This document shows positions 56,075-64,000 of a stretch of 64,000 nucleotides of DNA, piece after piece (position 1 is the stretch's first letter; the number at the start of each line of letters is the position of its first letter). Below the pieces are notes generated by a model. That model made no database searches. It was not told where the DNA came from and saw only the letters and a program-made list of their open reading frames with translations. The DNA is from Acidimicrobiales bacterium. GTDB lineage: Bacteria > Actinomycetota > Acidimicrobiia > Acidimicrobiales > SZUA-35. Where the stretch lies: contig JABDIY010000028.1 in assembly GCA_013003535.1 (NCBI GenBank), positions 25,631 to 89,630 on the forward strand, written 5' to 3'. The translations under genes were made by a program, and so were the position numbers.

Positions 56075-57645
56075 CCGACTCAACCGCTACCAACGCTTCG
56101 GATTCCACTGCCGCTCCGGCCCGAGGGGGGCGCAGCGGCGGCGGCCGCGCCGCCCGCCAGGCGAAACGTTCCGCCGCCTCGGTGGTGGCTCCCTACCTCA
56201 CCCGCTCGCTGCCGCCGGTGGAGGTCCTGGACGAGGCGGGCTTGGCCCAAATCGAGGAGAACGCCGAGACCATCCTCAGCGAGATCGGTATCGCATTCCA
56301 GGAATTCCCAGAGGCCCTCGAGCTTTGGCGTCAGGCCGGGGCGCAGGTAGATGGTGAACTGGTGAAATTCCCTCGCGGTCTGTGCCGTGAGATCGTCCAG
56401 CAGAATGCTCCCGCCAGCTTCATCCAGGAAGCCCGCAACCCGGCCCGCAACGTGCAGATCGGCGGGAACTCCACTGTCTTCGCCCCCAACTATGGCTCCC
56501 CGTTCGTAACCGACCTCGACCGGGGTCGCCGCTACGCCACCATTGCCGACTTCCAGAATGCCGTGAAGCTGGTCTACTCCATTCCTCATCTTCATCACAG
56601 TGGCGGCACCGTTTGCGAGCCCACCGACGTCCCAGTGAACAAGCGACATCTGGACATGGTGTACTCGCATCTCAAGTATTCAGATAAGCCGTTGATGGGC
56701 TCGGTCACCGCTGCCGAACGAGCTGCAGACTCGGTGGAGCTCTGCCGAATCGCATTCGGAGGAGACCTTGGAGACCGAACGGTGCTGACCTCACTGATCA
56801 ACGCGTCATCACCACTCCGCTGGGATGCCACCATGCTCGGTGCGGCCACGGTGTATGCAAAGGCCAACCAGGCCACGGTCATCTCGCCCTTTATCCTCGC
56901 CGGTGCCATGAGCCCGGTCACGGTGGCCGGCATGGCCGCTCAGGCCTTGGCCGAAGCGCTCAGCGGAATGGCCTACTGCCAGCTCGTCCGCCCCGGCGCC
57001 CCGGTGATCTTCGGAACGTTCGCATCATCGATGTCCATGGCCACAGGAGCGCCAACCTTTGGCACTCCCGAAGCCGGCTTGGCGATCTTCGTGATGGCAG
57101 CATTGGCTCGACGAGTCGGCGTACCGTTCCGATCGGGTGGACAGTTCACGGCCTCCAAACATCCAGACGCTCAGGCCGCCTATGAATCAGCCCACACCCT
57201 CCTGCCCACGGTTCAGGCCGGAGTGAACTTCGTACTTCATGCCGCAGGCTGGCTGGAAGGTGGTTTGGCTCTGAGCTTCGAGAAGCTGATCATGGACGGC
57301 GATCAATTGGGAGCGATGACCGTGTACGGCAAAGGGGTGGACTTGACCGAGAATGGCCAGGCGATGTCCGCCTTCCGGTCCAACGAACATGGCCAACACT
57401 TCCTCGGGAACGAGCACACCCTGGGCAACTTCGAGACGGCGTTCTGGCGAAGCGATCTCAACGACAACAACAGCTTCGAACAATGGAGCGATGAGGGCGC
57501 AAAAACTCACGATCAGCGGGCCAACGAGCGTTGGAAACAAATGCTGTCCGATTACACCGCCCCTGACCTGGATGACGCAATCGACGCCCGGATGCTCAGC
57601 TTCATCGAGACGCGCAAGTCAGCGATGCGTGACGAAATCGGATAG
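56071..57645 (+). CDS. MttB-superfamily methyltransferase, non-pyrrolysine type (quaternary-amine:corrinoid methyltransferase candidate)
   Basis: 524-aa uninterrupted ORF with no in-frame TAG. Overall MttB-like sequence (e.g. NASSPLRWD, GAMSPVTVAG, TFGTPE). ATGA overlap with the RACo gene stop. Confidence 0.8.
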   Translation: MTDSTATNASDSTAAPARGGRSGGGRAARQAKRSAASVVAPYLTRSLPPVEVLDEAGLAQIEENAETILSEIGIAFQEFPEALELWRQAGAQVDGELVKFPRGLCREIVQQNAPASFIQEARNPARNVQIGGNSTVFAPNYGSPFVTDLDRGRRYATIADFQNAVKLVYSIPHLHHSGGTVCEPTDVPVNKRHLDMVYSHLKYSDKPLMGSVTAAERAADSVELCRIAFGGDLGDRTVLTSLINASSPLRWDATMLGAATVYAKANQATVISPFILAGAMSPVTVAGMAAQALAEALSGMAYCQLVRPGAPVIFGTFASSMSMATGAPTFGTPEAGLAIFVMAALARRVGVPFRSGGQFTASKHPDAQAAYESAHTLLPTVQAGVNFVLHAAGWLEGGLALSFEKLIMDGDQLGAMTVYGKGVDLTENGQAMSAFRSNEHGQHFLGNEHTLGNFETAFWRSDLNDNNSFEQWSDEGAKTHDQRANERWKQMLSDYTAPDLDDAIDARMLSFIETRKSAMRDEIG

Positions 57646-57746
57646 GAACGTGTTCCCCCAGGCCGCTGTCCGCCTCCACCGACACGCCCCGGCAATGCGG
57701 TCTGGAGCCACCGGATGATCGGGCTCCCCGCCTCGCTGCCACTGCC

Positions 57747-59573
57747 TTGGATGTCAGCTCCCAACGGTCGGGCCATGGCGAGTATGGCACCGTGATCTCA
57801 GCGGTGGCGAGAGCCCAGATTGGTGAACGGCGAGGATGGCTGCGGTTTTCAAACCCACGCTCGTCGATCGTTGCAGACCGACTGGATGAGGTCCGTCCTG
57901 CGCTGGAAAGAATCGAGGCAGAGGTGAACGCCGGCCGCTGGGCGGTGGGCTTGGTCTCCTATGATGCCGGCCCCGCCTTCGACATGGCTATTCGTAGCCA
58001 CCGCGACGCCACCGTTCCGCTCGTCCATTTCGGAATCTTTGATCCGAGCAACGTTGCAGAGTCAGATCCGGTCGGCGGCAGCTTCTGGCTGGGGCCTCGA
58101 CGGCCGCTCATCAGCCGAAACAACTTCGAAGAGGGCGTCCGTTCCGTCCATCGCTTCATCGAGGCCGGCGACACCTACCAAGTCAATCTCACCCTTCGAC
58201 TGGGCGCACGCTTCGCTGGCGATCCAGAGGGTCTGTTCGCGGCTCTCGCCACCGCTCAGCAAGGCGAGCACGAAGCTTTGCTGGATCTGGGCGACACCGC
58301 GGTTTGTTCCGCATCACCAGAACTGTTCTTCACCCACCACGCGAACGGCAGCCTCGTGTCGAAACCGATGAAAGGAACCCGCCCTGCAGGAACCCCCCAC
58401 GAAGAACTTACCGGCAGCCTCAAAGACCAAGCCGAAAACACCATGATCGTGGACATGATGCGCAACGACTTCGGCCGAATCGCCGAGATCGGTTCGGTGG
58501 AGGTACCGAAATTACACGAAGTGGAGGAGTACCCCACCGTTATCCAGATGACGTCCACAGTCACGGCCCGTTCAAAAGTTGGGCTCGCCGATCTGTTCGC
58601 GGCCACGTTCCCTCCGGCGTCGATCACAGGTGCCCCAAAGATTCGCACCACGGAGATCATCACTGAGTTGGAGACCCAACCTCGCGGGGTTTACACCGGC
58701 TCGATCGGAGTGCTTGCACCGTCCCTGCCCGGCGCGGGGATCGAACGGCGCAGCGAGTGGAACGTGGCGATTCGCACGGTGTGGATTGACAAAGCTGCCG
58801 GTCGAGCCACCTATGGAGTTGGTGGCGGCATCGTCTGGGATTCCGATCCGGCCGAGGAGTGGAACGAAACCCGAGTGAAGAGCAGGGTTCTCCTTCATGC
58901 CGATCAGAAGTTCGAGCTGATCGAATCGCTTCGCTTCAGCCCCGACGAGCCATCCCTTGCCGACGATCATGGATACTGGTTACTCGATCTCCATCTCGAC
59001 AGATTGCTGCGATCCGCCGAGTTCTTTCAATTTCGGTTTGACCCTGAATACATCCGAGCCGAGCTCGTGGACATGCATCCACCAAGCGCGGCCAAGGTTC
59101 GCCTTCTACTGAATCCAAGCGGCGGTGTCAGTATCACACATGCGCCGCTTGGCGCCACGGGTCATTTCGGCCTCGAGCCCCCGACTGCCGGTATCCGTAA
59201 ACCGGTAGTAATCGACAGCGTGCCGGTCATGGCCAATGATCCGTTCCTCGCGCACAAGACCACCCACCGAACCATCTATGACCGGGCGGGAGCCCGTAAC
59301 GCCGGGGCCGCAGACGTCATCCTGGTGAACAGCACAGGCTGCGTAACCGAGTCGCTGAGCGCGAACCTGGTGATTCGGGATGACTCGGGGCGGTTGCTGA
59401 CCCCGCCGTCCAGTTCCGGACTACTTCCGGGGGTCTTCCGACGACATCTACTCGTGAATACAGCGCTTCTGGAGGAGCCGATCACAACCGACGAACTGCG
59501 TCGAGCCGCCGACCAGGCCAATGCATGGCTGATCAACAGTGTTCGCGGCTGGGTGCCCCTGACTCTGACGTGA
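57747..59573 (+). CDS. pabB: Aminodeoxychorismate synthase component I fused to an aminodeoxychorismate lyase-like class IV aminotransferase domain (PabB-PabC)
   Basis: Chorismate-binding region (SPELFF, PMKGT, ENTMIVDMMRND, ITGAPK, VYTGSIG, GGGIVWDSDP), followed by a C-terminal ~220 aa class IV fold-like segment. TTG 57747, or GTG 57792. Confidence 0.75.
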   Translation: MDVSSQRSGHGEYGTVISAVARAQIGERRGWLRFSNPRSSIVADRLDEVRPALERIEAEVNAGRWAVGLVSYDAGPAFDMAIRSHRDATVPLVHFGIFDPSNVAESDPVGGSFWLGPRRPLISRNNFEEGVRSVHRFIEAGDTYQVNLTLRLGARFAGDPEGLFAALATAQQGEHEALLDLGDTAVCSASPELFFTHHANGSLVSKPMKGTRPAGTPHEELTGSLKDQAENTMIVDMMRNDFGRIAEIGSVEVPKLHEVEEYPTVIQMTSTVTARSKVGLADLFAATFPPASITGAPKIRTTEIITELETQPRGVYTGSIGVLAPSLPGAGIERRSEWNVAIRTVWIDKAAGRATYGVGGGIVWDSDPAEEWNETRVKSRVLLHADQKFELIESLRFSPDEPSLADDHGYWLLDLHLDRLLRSAEFFQFRFDPEYIRAELVDMHPPSAAKVRLLLNPSGGVSITHAPLGATGHFGLEPPTAGIRKPVVIDSVPVMANDPFLAHKTTHRTIYDRAGARNAGAADVILVNSTGCVTESLSANLVIRDDSGRLLTPPSSSGLLPGVFRRHLLVNTALLEEPITTDELRRAADQANAWLINSVRGWVPLTLT

Positions 59574-59672
59574 ACCCAGCGGATCCGGCCGGGGCGTGAG
59601 CGACGCTCCTGGTTCTACTACCAGCTCGGCAAGAGAACCCAGTTTCACCGAGAGGAGAACTACTCTAGGGCG

Positions 59673-61229
59673 ATGCAGCAGATCGCTCTGAGTCGGCGCG
59701 CCCTCCTCGCCGGGATAGCCGGCCTGGCCGCCTATGGCATCCCGTCACCGGCCGCCGCCGACTACCTCCGCACCGCCGCTCGCCGTCAGGACTTCCAAAT
59801 CCGGCCTCGCACCGACTGGGCCCAAGACAGCCGCCTCCCCACTGCCGCTATGCCGAGCGAAGATGTGCACCTCCTGGTAGTGCACCACACCCTTATCCCC
59901 GGGAACAGCTACACCCAAGACCAGGTCCCCAAACTCATGCGGGATATCTTCGACTATCACGCCGGCCCCGAAAAGGGCTGGCCCGACATCGCCTATAACT
60001 TCATGGTCGACCAGTTCGGTGATGTCTGGGAGGCTCGCTTTGGCAGCCTCGACGGTCCCGTGCAAGGTTCGGCCACCGGCGGTAACCAGGGTTTCTCCCA
60101 GTTGTGTTGCTTCCTTGGCGATCTCACCGGTCAGCCACCGACCGAGGCCGCCGCAGCCTCCATGGCATCACTGCTGGCACTTCTGGCAGATCGCTACAAG
60201 ATCGATACATCCCCCGGTACGACTGTGAATCTGGTAAGTCAGGGTTCCTCGCGTTACCCCGAAGGCGCCAAAATGGTCTTGCCGACGCTGGCTGGTCATC
60301 GAGATGTGTCTCTCACGGCCTGTCCCGGGGAGGCGGGCTACACCTTTCTGCAGCAAACGCTCCCCGTCTTGGTGAATGAACGACGCGTTCAGACCACCAT
60401 CACAACCACCACCACGATCGCCCCCACCACCATTGCAGAGCCCAGTGCGGCCGCACCGACAACCGACGACCCAGCCATCGCCACGACCACCGAAATCGAG
60501 GGGACCTCCAGCGACGCCTTGGCCTTTGAAGATGTCGACGATTCGAGCTCGGCCCCCGCCGTCGATGGTCAGTCAGTTTTACCCTACGTGATCGGTGGTG
60601 GCGCTCTTGCCGTCACCGGCATTGGGGCAATGGCGCTCGCCAAACGGAACCAGCCCGCGGACCAAACTGCCCCAGATCCATCCGTCGGATCTGACGCGGC
60701 GGGAGCAAGCGTCCCGGTAGGTGCGGGCGTCGCGGCCCGTGGTTCCGATGGCTATGTTGACATCGAGTCTCGTATAGCCACGTCTCCGGTCCAACCGAGC
60801 GCGGCTGCGCCAGTGATCAGCGCTGGTCCGGTGCCTGCGTCCGGTCCGCAGCGGGTGTGGTGGGCGATCGAGGCCCGTACCGAGGCCAGCGTGGAGCGGG
60901 CGGTCCAGGAACTCGTCGGGGAAGTGCAGTCTTTGGCAGCACAGCGGCCCACCGACTTGGATGCCGACCGCAAGGCGTGGGCCGCTGCCGATACCCGCTT
61001 AGCCGCCATCGCTCCCACATCCAAAGCTGCGCTTGTGGCTGCCCGTTCCAATGCCGTCTACATCCTGCGGAGCGCACCGTGTTTGGTGATCGTGGAGCGA
61101 CCAGATGGTATACGCAAACGAGACGAATCGCGGGATGCGCTGAGCATCGACCGAGCCGACGTTCGTTCAATCGCAGTTCACTTCGAGGACGAATCGCTCT
61201 ACCCGGATATCGAGGTCACCGCTGGTTAA
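59673..61229 (+). CDS. N-acetylmuramoyl-L-alanine amidase (amidase_2/PGRP-type) with Tat-like signal, Thr-rich linker, TM helix and ~190-aa C-terminal domain of unknown function
   Basis: SRRALLAGIAGLAAYG signal, LLVVHHT, GWPDIAYNFMVD and GHRDVSLTACPG amidase_2 motifs. TM helix VLPYVIGGGALAVTGIGAMALA. Confidence 0.7.
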   Translation: MQQIALSRRALLAGIAGLAAYGIPSPAAADYLRTAARRQDFQIRPRTDWAQDSRLPTAAMPSEDVHLLVVHHTLIPGNSYTQDQVPKLMRDIFDYHAGPEKGWPDIAYNFMVDQFGDVWEARFGSLDGPVQGSATGGNQGFSQLCCFLGDLTGQPPTEAAAASMASLLALLADRYKIDTSPGTTVNLVSQGSSRYPEGAKMVLPTLAGHRDVSLTACPGEAGYTFLQQTLPVLVNERRVQTTITTTTTIAPTTIAEPSAAAPTTDDPAIATTTEIEGTSSDALAFEDVDDSSSAPAVDGQSVLPYVIGGGALAVTGIGAMALAKRNQPADQTAPDPSVGSDAAGASVPVGAGVAARGSDGYVDIESRIATSPVQPSAAAPVISAGPVPASGPQRVWWAIEARTEASVERAVQELVGEVQSLAAQRPTDLDADRKAWAAADTRLAAIAPTSKAALVAARSNAVYILRSAPCLVIVERPDGIRKRDESRDALSIDRADVRSIAVHFEDESLYPDIEVTAG

Positions 61230-61283
61230 GCGTCAGCGCTTGCAGAGTGAGCAGCGTGGGCGCCGTTGCGAGATCGAAAGCGG

Positions 61284-62153
61284 CTATTTCCGGTTGATGG
61301 TGGGCTGGACGTAGGTCCAGCCGAACCGGCCTTTTATGCACAGGTGACCATGAGTGACAGAATGATCAGAAGGTGAGGTCACCTTCACGATCGTGTTGTC
61401 TTGCACATGCATTTCCAGGTTGCAGCCAACGCCGCAATAGGAACAAATGGTCTGGGTAATGGTCTGCTCCTCGGGCTTCCATTGCTCCGCCTGCCGAAGG
61501 TCGAATTCGGTCTTGAACTGAATAGCACCGGTGGGACAAACACCGACACAATTGCCGCAGTAGACGCAAGCCGAATCGGGCAGTGTGACGTCATACTCGG
61601 TGCTGATCCGGGCCCCGAAACCTCTTCCGCTCACCGCGATCGCAAAGGTGAGCTGAGCGTCATCGCCACATGCCTCCACACACTTATAGCAGAGCACGCA
61701 TTTGTCGTAGTCGCGAATGTAGAGATCATCCTGGATCTTTACGGGCTCGTTGATTCGCTCAGCATCGGGGCCGTAGCGGGAAGGATCGGCACCGTACTCC
61801 TCCATCCAGCTATGGAGCTGGGTGGCCTGGCTCATGTCTACACCCGAACCGAGGAATTCCAGCACCATTTTGCGGCTGTGCCTGACCCGCTCTGAGTTGG
61901 TCTTGATCTCCATACCCTCTTCGGCCTTGCGGGAACAGGACGGGATCAGCGTGCGGGAACCTTCGTGTTCCACCACGCATACCCGGCAAGCGTTCACCGG
62001 GGTGAGGTTTTCGGCGTAACAAAGGGTTGGGGTGTCTACGCCGGCGGCGCTGCACGCATCCAGAACGGTCTGGCCTGCGGCAACCGTTACTGGCCTGCCA
62101 TCGATCGTGAGGGAGACCAGCGTCTCGGTGGAACGGGGTTCGAGGACGGTCAT
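61284..62153 (-). CDS. Fe-S protein equal to the N-terminal cluster-binding part of NAD-dependent formate dehydrogenase alpha / NuoG (2Fe-2S, 4Fe-4S domains, Mo-pterin-type Fe4S4 domain), lacking the catalytic domain
   Basis: TIDGRPVTVAAGQTVLDACSAAGVDTPTLCY...CRVCVVE; CVLCYKCVEAC; CVYCGNCVGVCPTGA; ICSYCGVGCNLEMH...GHLCIKGRFGW. It ends at TAG about 15 aa later. ATG 62153 lies 1 nt after the upstream TGA. Confidence 0.75.
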   Translation of the reverse strand: MTVLEPRSTETLVSLTIDGRPVTVAAGQTVLDACSAAGVDTPTLCYAENLTPVNACRVCVVEHEGSRTLIPSCSRKAEEGMEIKTNSERVRHSRKMVLEFLGSGVDMSQATQLHSWMEEYGADPSRYGPDAERINEPVKIQDDLYIRDYDKCVLCYKCVEACGDDAQLTFAIAVSGRGFGARISTEYDVTLPDSACVYCGNCVGVCPTGAIQFKTEFDLRQAEQWKPEEQTITQTICSYCGVGCNLEMHVQDNTIVKVTSPSDHSVTHGHLCIKGRFGWTYVQPTINRK

Positions 62154-62154
62154 G

Positions 62155-63906
62155 TCAGGCTCCGATGAGTCCGAGATCGATTGCGGAAAGGACAGCGGTT
62201 GCGGCGGTGTGGCCAAGTCCGCAGATCGAGGCATCTTTCATGGCGAGGTCGATGTCGTGAAGGATTTCGCGCTCGCCGTTCATAGACCGACCCGCCGATT
62301 TGATGACGAGCTCGTGCTGGCGGACCACGCCGATCCGGCAGGGCACGCACTGACCACAGCTCTCGTTGCGGAAGAACTCGGCAATCCGGGCGACCACAGC
62401 CGGGAAGTTCGTGGTGTCGTTGAAGAGTTTGACCACACCCGAACCTAGCGACGCACCCCGGGCACGAGAGTCTTCGAACGTGAGTGGCAGGTCTAACATG
62501 TCGACACCAACGAAGCTCCCGGCGGCCCCTCCCAACAAGACCGTGCGCAGATTGCCTACGGCACCTCCCGCCAACTCGATGATCTCGCCGAGCGTCACGC
62601 CGTGAGGCGCCTCGTAGAGTCCGGGTACCTGCACATGGCCGGATAGACAGAACAGTCGGGTGCCGGTTGAGCCAGAGGTCCCAATCTGGGAGTACGCCGC
62701 ACCGCCGTGTTCGAGAATCTGGAGGGCGTTGATCAGTGTCTCGGGGTTGTTGATAACGGTTGGTTGCTTGAACAGGCCGTGAGTGGTGGGAAACGGCGGC
62801 TTCTGTCGTGGTTCACCTCGAAATCCCTCCAGCGATTCGAACAGTGCGGTCTCCTCGCCACAGATGTATGCACCTGCGCCGCGCCGAATCTCCAGCTCGA
62901 ACCCGAGGGACGAACCGGCGATGCGTTCGCCGAGGAAACCGGCGGCGCGCGCCGAATCGATGGCGTTCTGAAGCCTGCGGGTGGCCAGTGGATACTCGCC
63001 CCGGATATAGATGAAACCTTTTCGGGCCCCGGTGACAAAACCAGCGATTGTGGCCGCCTCAACAATGGCGAACGGGTCCAGCTCCATGATGTGGCGGTCT
63101 TTGAATGTGCCCGGTTCGGACTCGTCGGCGTTGACCACGACCCACTTTTGGTCGCCACCGGCGCCTAGCACTCCGCGCCACTTGACCGCCGTTGGGAATG
63201 CTGCCCCACCTCTGCCCTTGAGGGCAGCGGTCTCGAGCTCCGCCAGCACTCCTTCGGCACCCAGCCGAAACGCCTCGGCGAGAGCTTTGAAGCCTCCATA
63301 GGCCACGTAGTCATCGAGGCTCTCCGGATTCGTTTCGCCCATCCGTCTCAAAAGTCGTAGTTGCGGCTGGCCTTGTTGGGGGATGATCCTCCCCTCGACG
63401 GCCACGGCGTCGGCCTCCACGAAGTCCGGGCGACCCTGATTCCCCTGTGTGAAGGTGGCGGGAGCTCGCTCACACTGACCCAAACACGGGCTGCGATGAA
63501 CGGTTGAGCCCTGCGCCTGGAGGTTCACGATAACGCCATCGGCACCGGCAATCTGACAGGCTGCGTCTACGCACACGTGAACGACGTCATTGATGTGACC
63601 CGGATCCTCCATTCGAAACATCTCGTAGAAACTGGCGACGCCGAAACCCTCGGCCGGGGGAACCCCCAGGCGCTCAGCGATGTAGTTCACCCCACCGTGA
63701 CTTATCCAGCCCGACACGTTGTGCAACGCATGCAGAGCAGGCAAAAGCCCGTGGCGCCGTTCGTTGGCTCGATGGATTCCACCCCGCACGAGGCGCTCCC
63801 CCTCATTCACAACCACAGCATCGAGACCACACGCGTCGATGGCGGCATCGATGGCGGCCATCTCCACCTGGGTAGCGCGGTCGGTCGTGAGGTGCAGGTC
63901 TGTCAT
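62155..63906 (-). CDS. Fused NuoE-like (2Fe-2S) / NuoF-like (FMN, NADH, 4Fe-4S) diaphorase subunit
   Basis: NuoE-like Cys pattern (HVCVDAACQ...CLGQCERAP), NuoF motifs GRGGAAFPTAVKW, NADESEPGTFKDR and ESCGQCVPCR. Confidence 0.85.
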   Translation of the reverse strand: MTDLHLTTDRATQVEMAAIDAAIDACGLDAVVVNEGERLVRGGIHRANERRHGLLPALHALHNVSGWISHGGVNYIAERLGVPPAEGFGVASFYEMFRMEDPGHINDVVHVCVDAACQIAGADGVIVNLQAQGSTVHRSPCLGQCERAPATFTQGNQGRPDFVEADAVAVEGRIIPQQGQPQLRLLRRMGETNPESLDDYVAYGGFKALAEAFRLGAEGVLAELETAALKGRGGAAFPTAVKWRGVLGAGGDQKWVVVNADESEPGTFKDRHIMELDPFAIVEAATIAGFVTGARKGFIYIRGEYPLATRRLQNAIDSARAAGFLGERIAGSSLGFELEIRRGAGAYICGEETALFESLEGFRGEPRQKPPFPTTHGLFKQPTVINNPETLINALQILEHGGAAYSQIGTSGSTGTRLFCLSGHVQVPGLYEAPHGVTLGEIIELAGGAVGNLRTVLLGGAAGSFVGVDMLDLPLTFEDSRARGASLGSGVVKLFNDTTNFPAVVARIAEFFRNESCGQCVPCRIGVVRQHELVIKSAGRSMNGEREILHDIDLAMKDASICGLGHTAATAVLSAIDLGLIGA

Positions 63907-64000
63907 GGGGCAAAACTCGAGGATCTATCTAGGCGGTGTATGGCAGTGGCGGAGGAGGATTCAAGCGGAGACGAGTTTCTCAACCCGGATGCTGGCTGCT

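Noticed and set aside
61230-61286. Selenocysteine or stop-codon read-through that would extend the truncated FdhA-like protein into a catalytic domain.
   Set aside because: The stop is TAG, not TGA. Reading through gives only about 16 more codons before a TGA. The downstream DNA is the 3' end of a convergent amidase gene with no molybdopterin-domain remnant in any frame I checked.
1-64000. Long ORFs antisense to, or out of frame with, confident genes. Examples: 157..675(-), 4450..5415(-), 17107..18093(-), 19503..20174(+), 26594..27577(-), 35358..36530(+), 38110..38880(-), 39102..39983(+), 40449..41297(-), 47969..48820(-), 51995..52675(-), 53056..53601(-) and 56080..56670(-).
   Set aside because: Their translations are Arg/Pro/Gly/His-rich with no motifs. 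Each lies entirely within a gene that has clear family signatures on the other strand or frame. These are the shadow ORFs expected in high-GC DNA.
1-64000. tRNA, rRNA or tmRNA genes, prophage or integrase genes, and transposases.
   Set aside because: The intergenic spaces are mostly under 200 bp. The longer ones (20890-21058, 40284-40484, 45370-45540, 51223-51405) showed no cloverleaf-like features by eye. No ORF had integrase or transposase motifs. A tRNAscan or Infernal run would be the proper check.

Overview
The window is a high-GC, gene-dense chromosomal segment with about 68 protein-coding genes. I saw no rRNA, tRNA, CRISPR array, transposase or integrase. A WhiB-family regulator, a PdtaS-like HisKA_2 kinase, a DUF3107/ArsA-pair block and a class E sortase point to an actinobacterium. 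All family calls come from motifs read by eye and remembered family signatures. No database search was run, and start codons are my best picks.

Gene content in order:
- **1-10 kb:** tail of a sugar ABC system (binding-protein C-terminus plus two permeases), a tandem USP, a P-type ATPase, a PRC-barrel protein, a Cas4-like Fe-S nuclease and a DUF2510 protein.
- **10-14 kb:** capA-like gene, a 1.3-kb region whose coding strand I cannot resolve, and an M20 peptidase.
- **15-20 kb:** etfBA, a lipid kinase, a glycerophosphodiesterase and the PdtaS-like kinase.
- **20-26 kb:** whiB, a Zn-ribbon micro-ORF, two ArsA/Get3-like ATPases, DUF3107, Mrp/ApbC, and an ArsR/SufR-like regulator coupled to a cysteine desulfurase.
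- **26-33 kb:** a redox/asparaginase block, then a large HD-GYP protein fused to extracellular lamin-tail domains.
- **33.5-40.3 kb:** a complete, tightly overlapped System I cytochrome c maturation operon (ccmABCDEFGH plus a TPR protein), with ccmF broken by a frameshift.
- **40-44 kb:** sortase E and envelope proteins.
- **44.3-45.5 kb:** a DUF559 endonuclease cassette bracketed by 55-nt direct repeats.
- **45.5-50.5 kb:** a GH63-like/GT4/IMPase sugar cluster.
- **50.5-57.6 kb:** an IclR-controlled corrinoid methyltransferase operon. It encodes a corrinoid protein, DUF1638, a PF13769-like protein, a methyl-THF methyltransferase, a RACo-type activator and a non-pyrrolysine MttB homolog.
- **57.7-64 kb:** a PabB-PabC fusion, a membrane-anchored amidase, and a NuoE/NuoF fusion with a truncated formate-dehydrogenase-alpha-like Fe-S protein.

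The best candidate for an undescribed system is the MttB-family/corrinoid operon of unknown substrate, in an organism whose neighbouring genes look aerobic, possibly with the nearby orphan NuoEF-type diaphorase. The HD-GYP/LTD fusion, the repeat-bounded DUF559 cassette and the System I ccm operon in an actinobacterial context are secondary leads.
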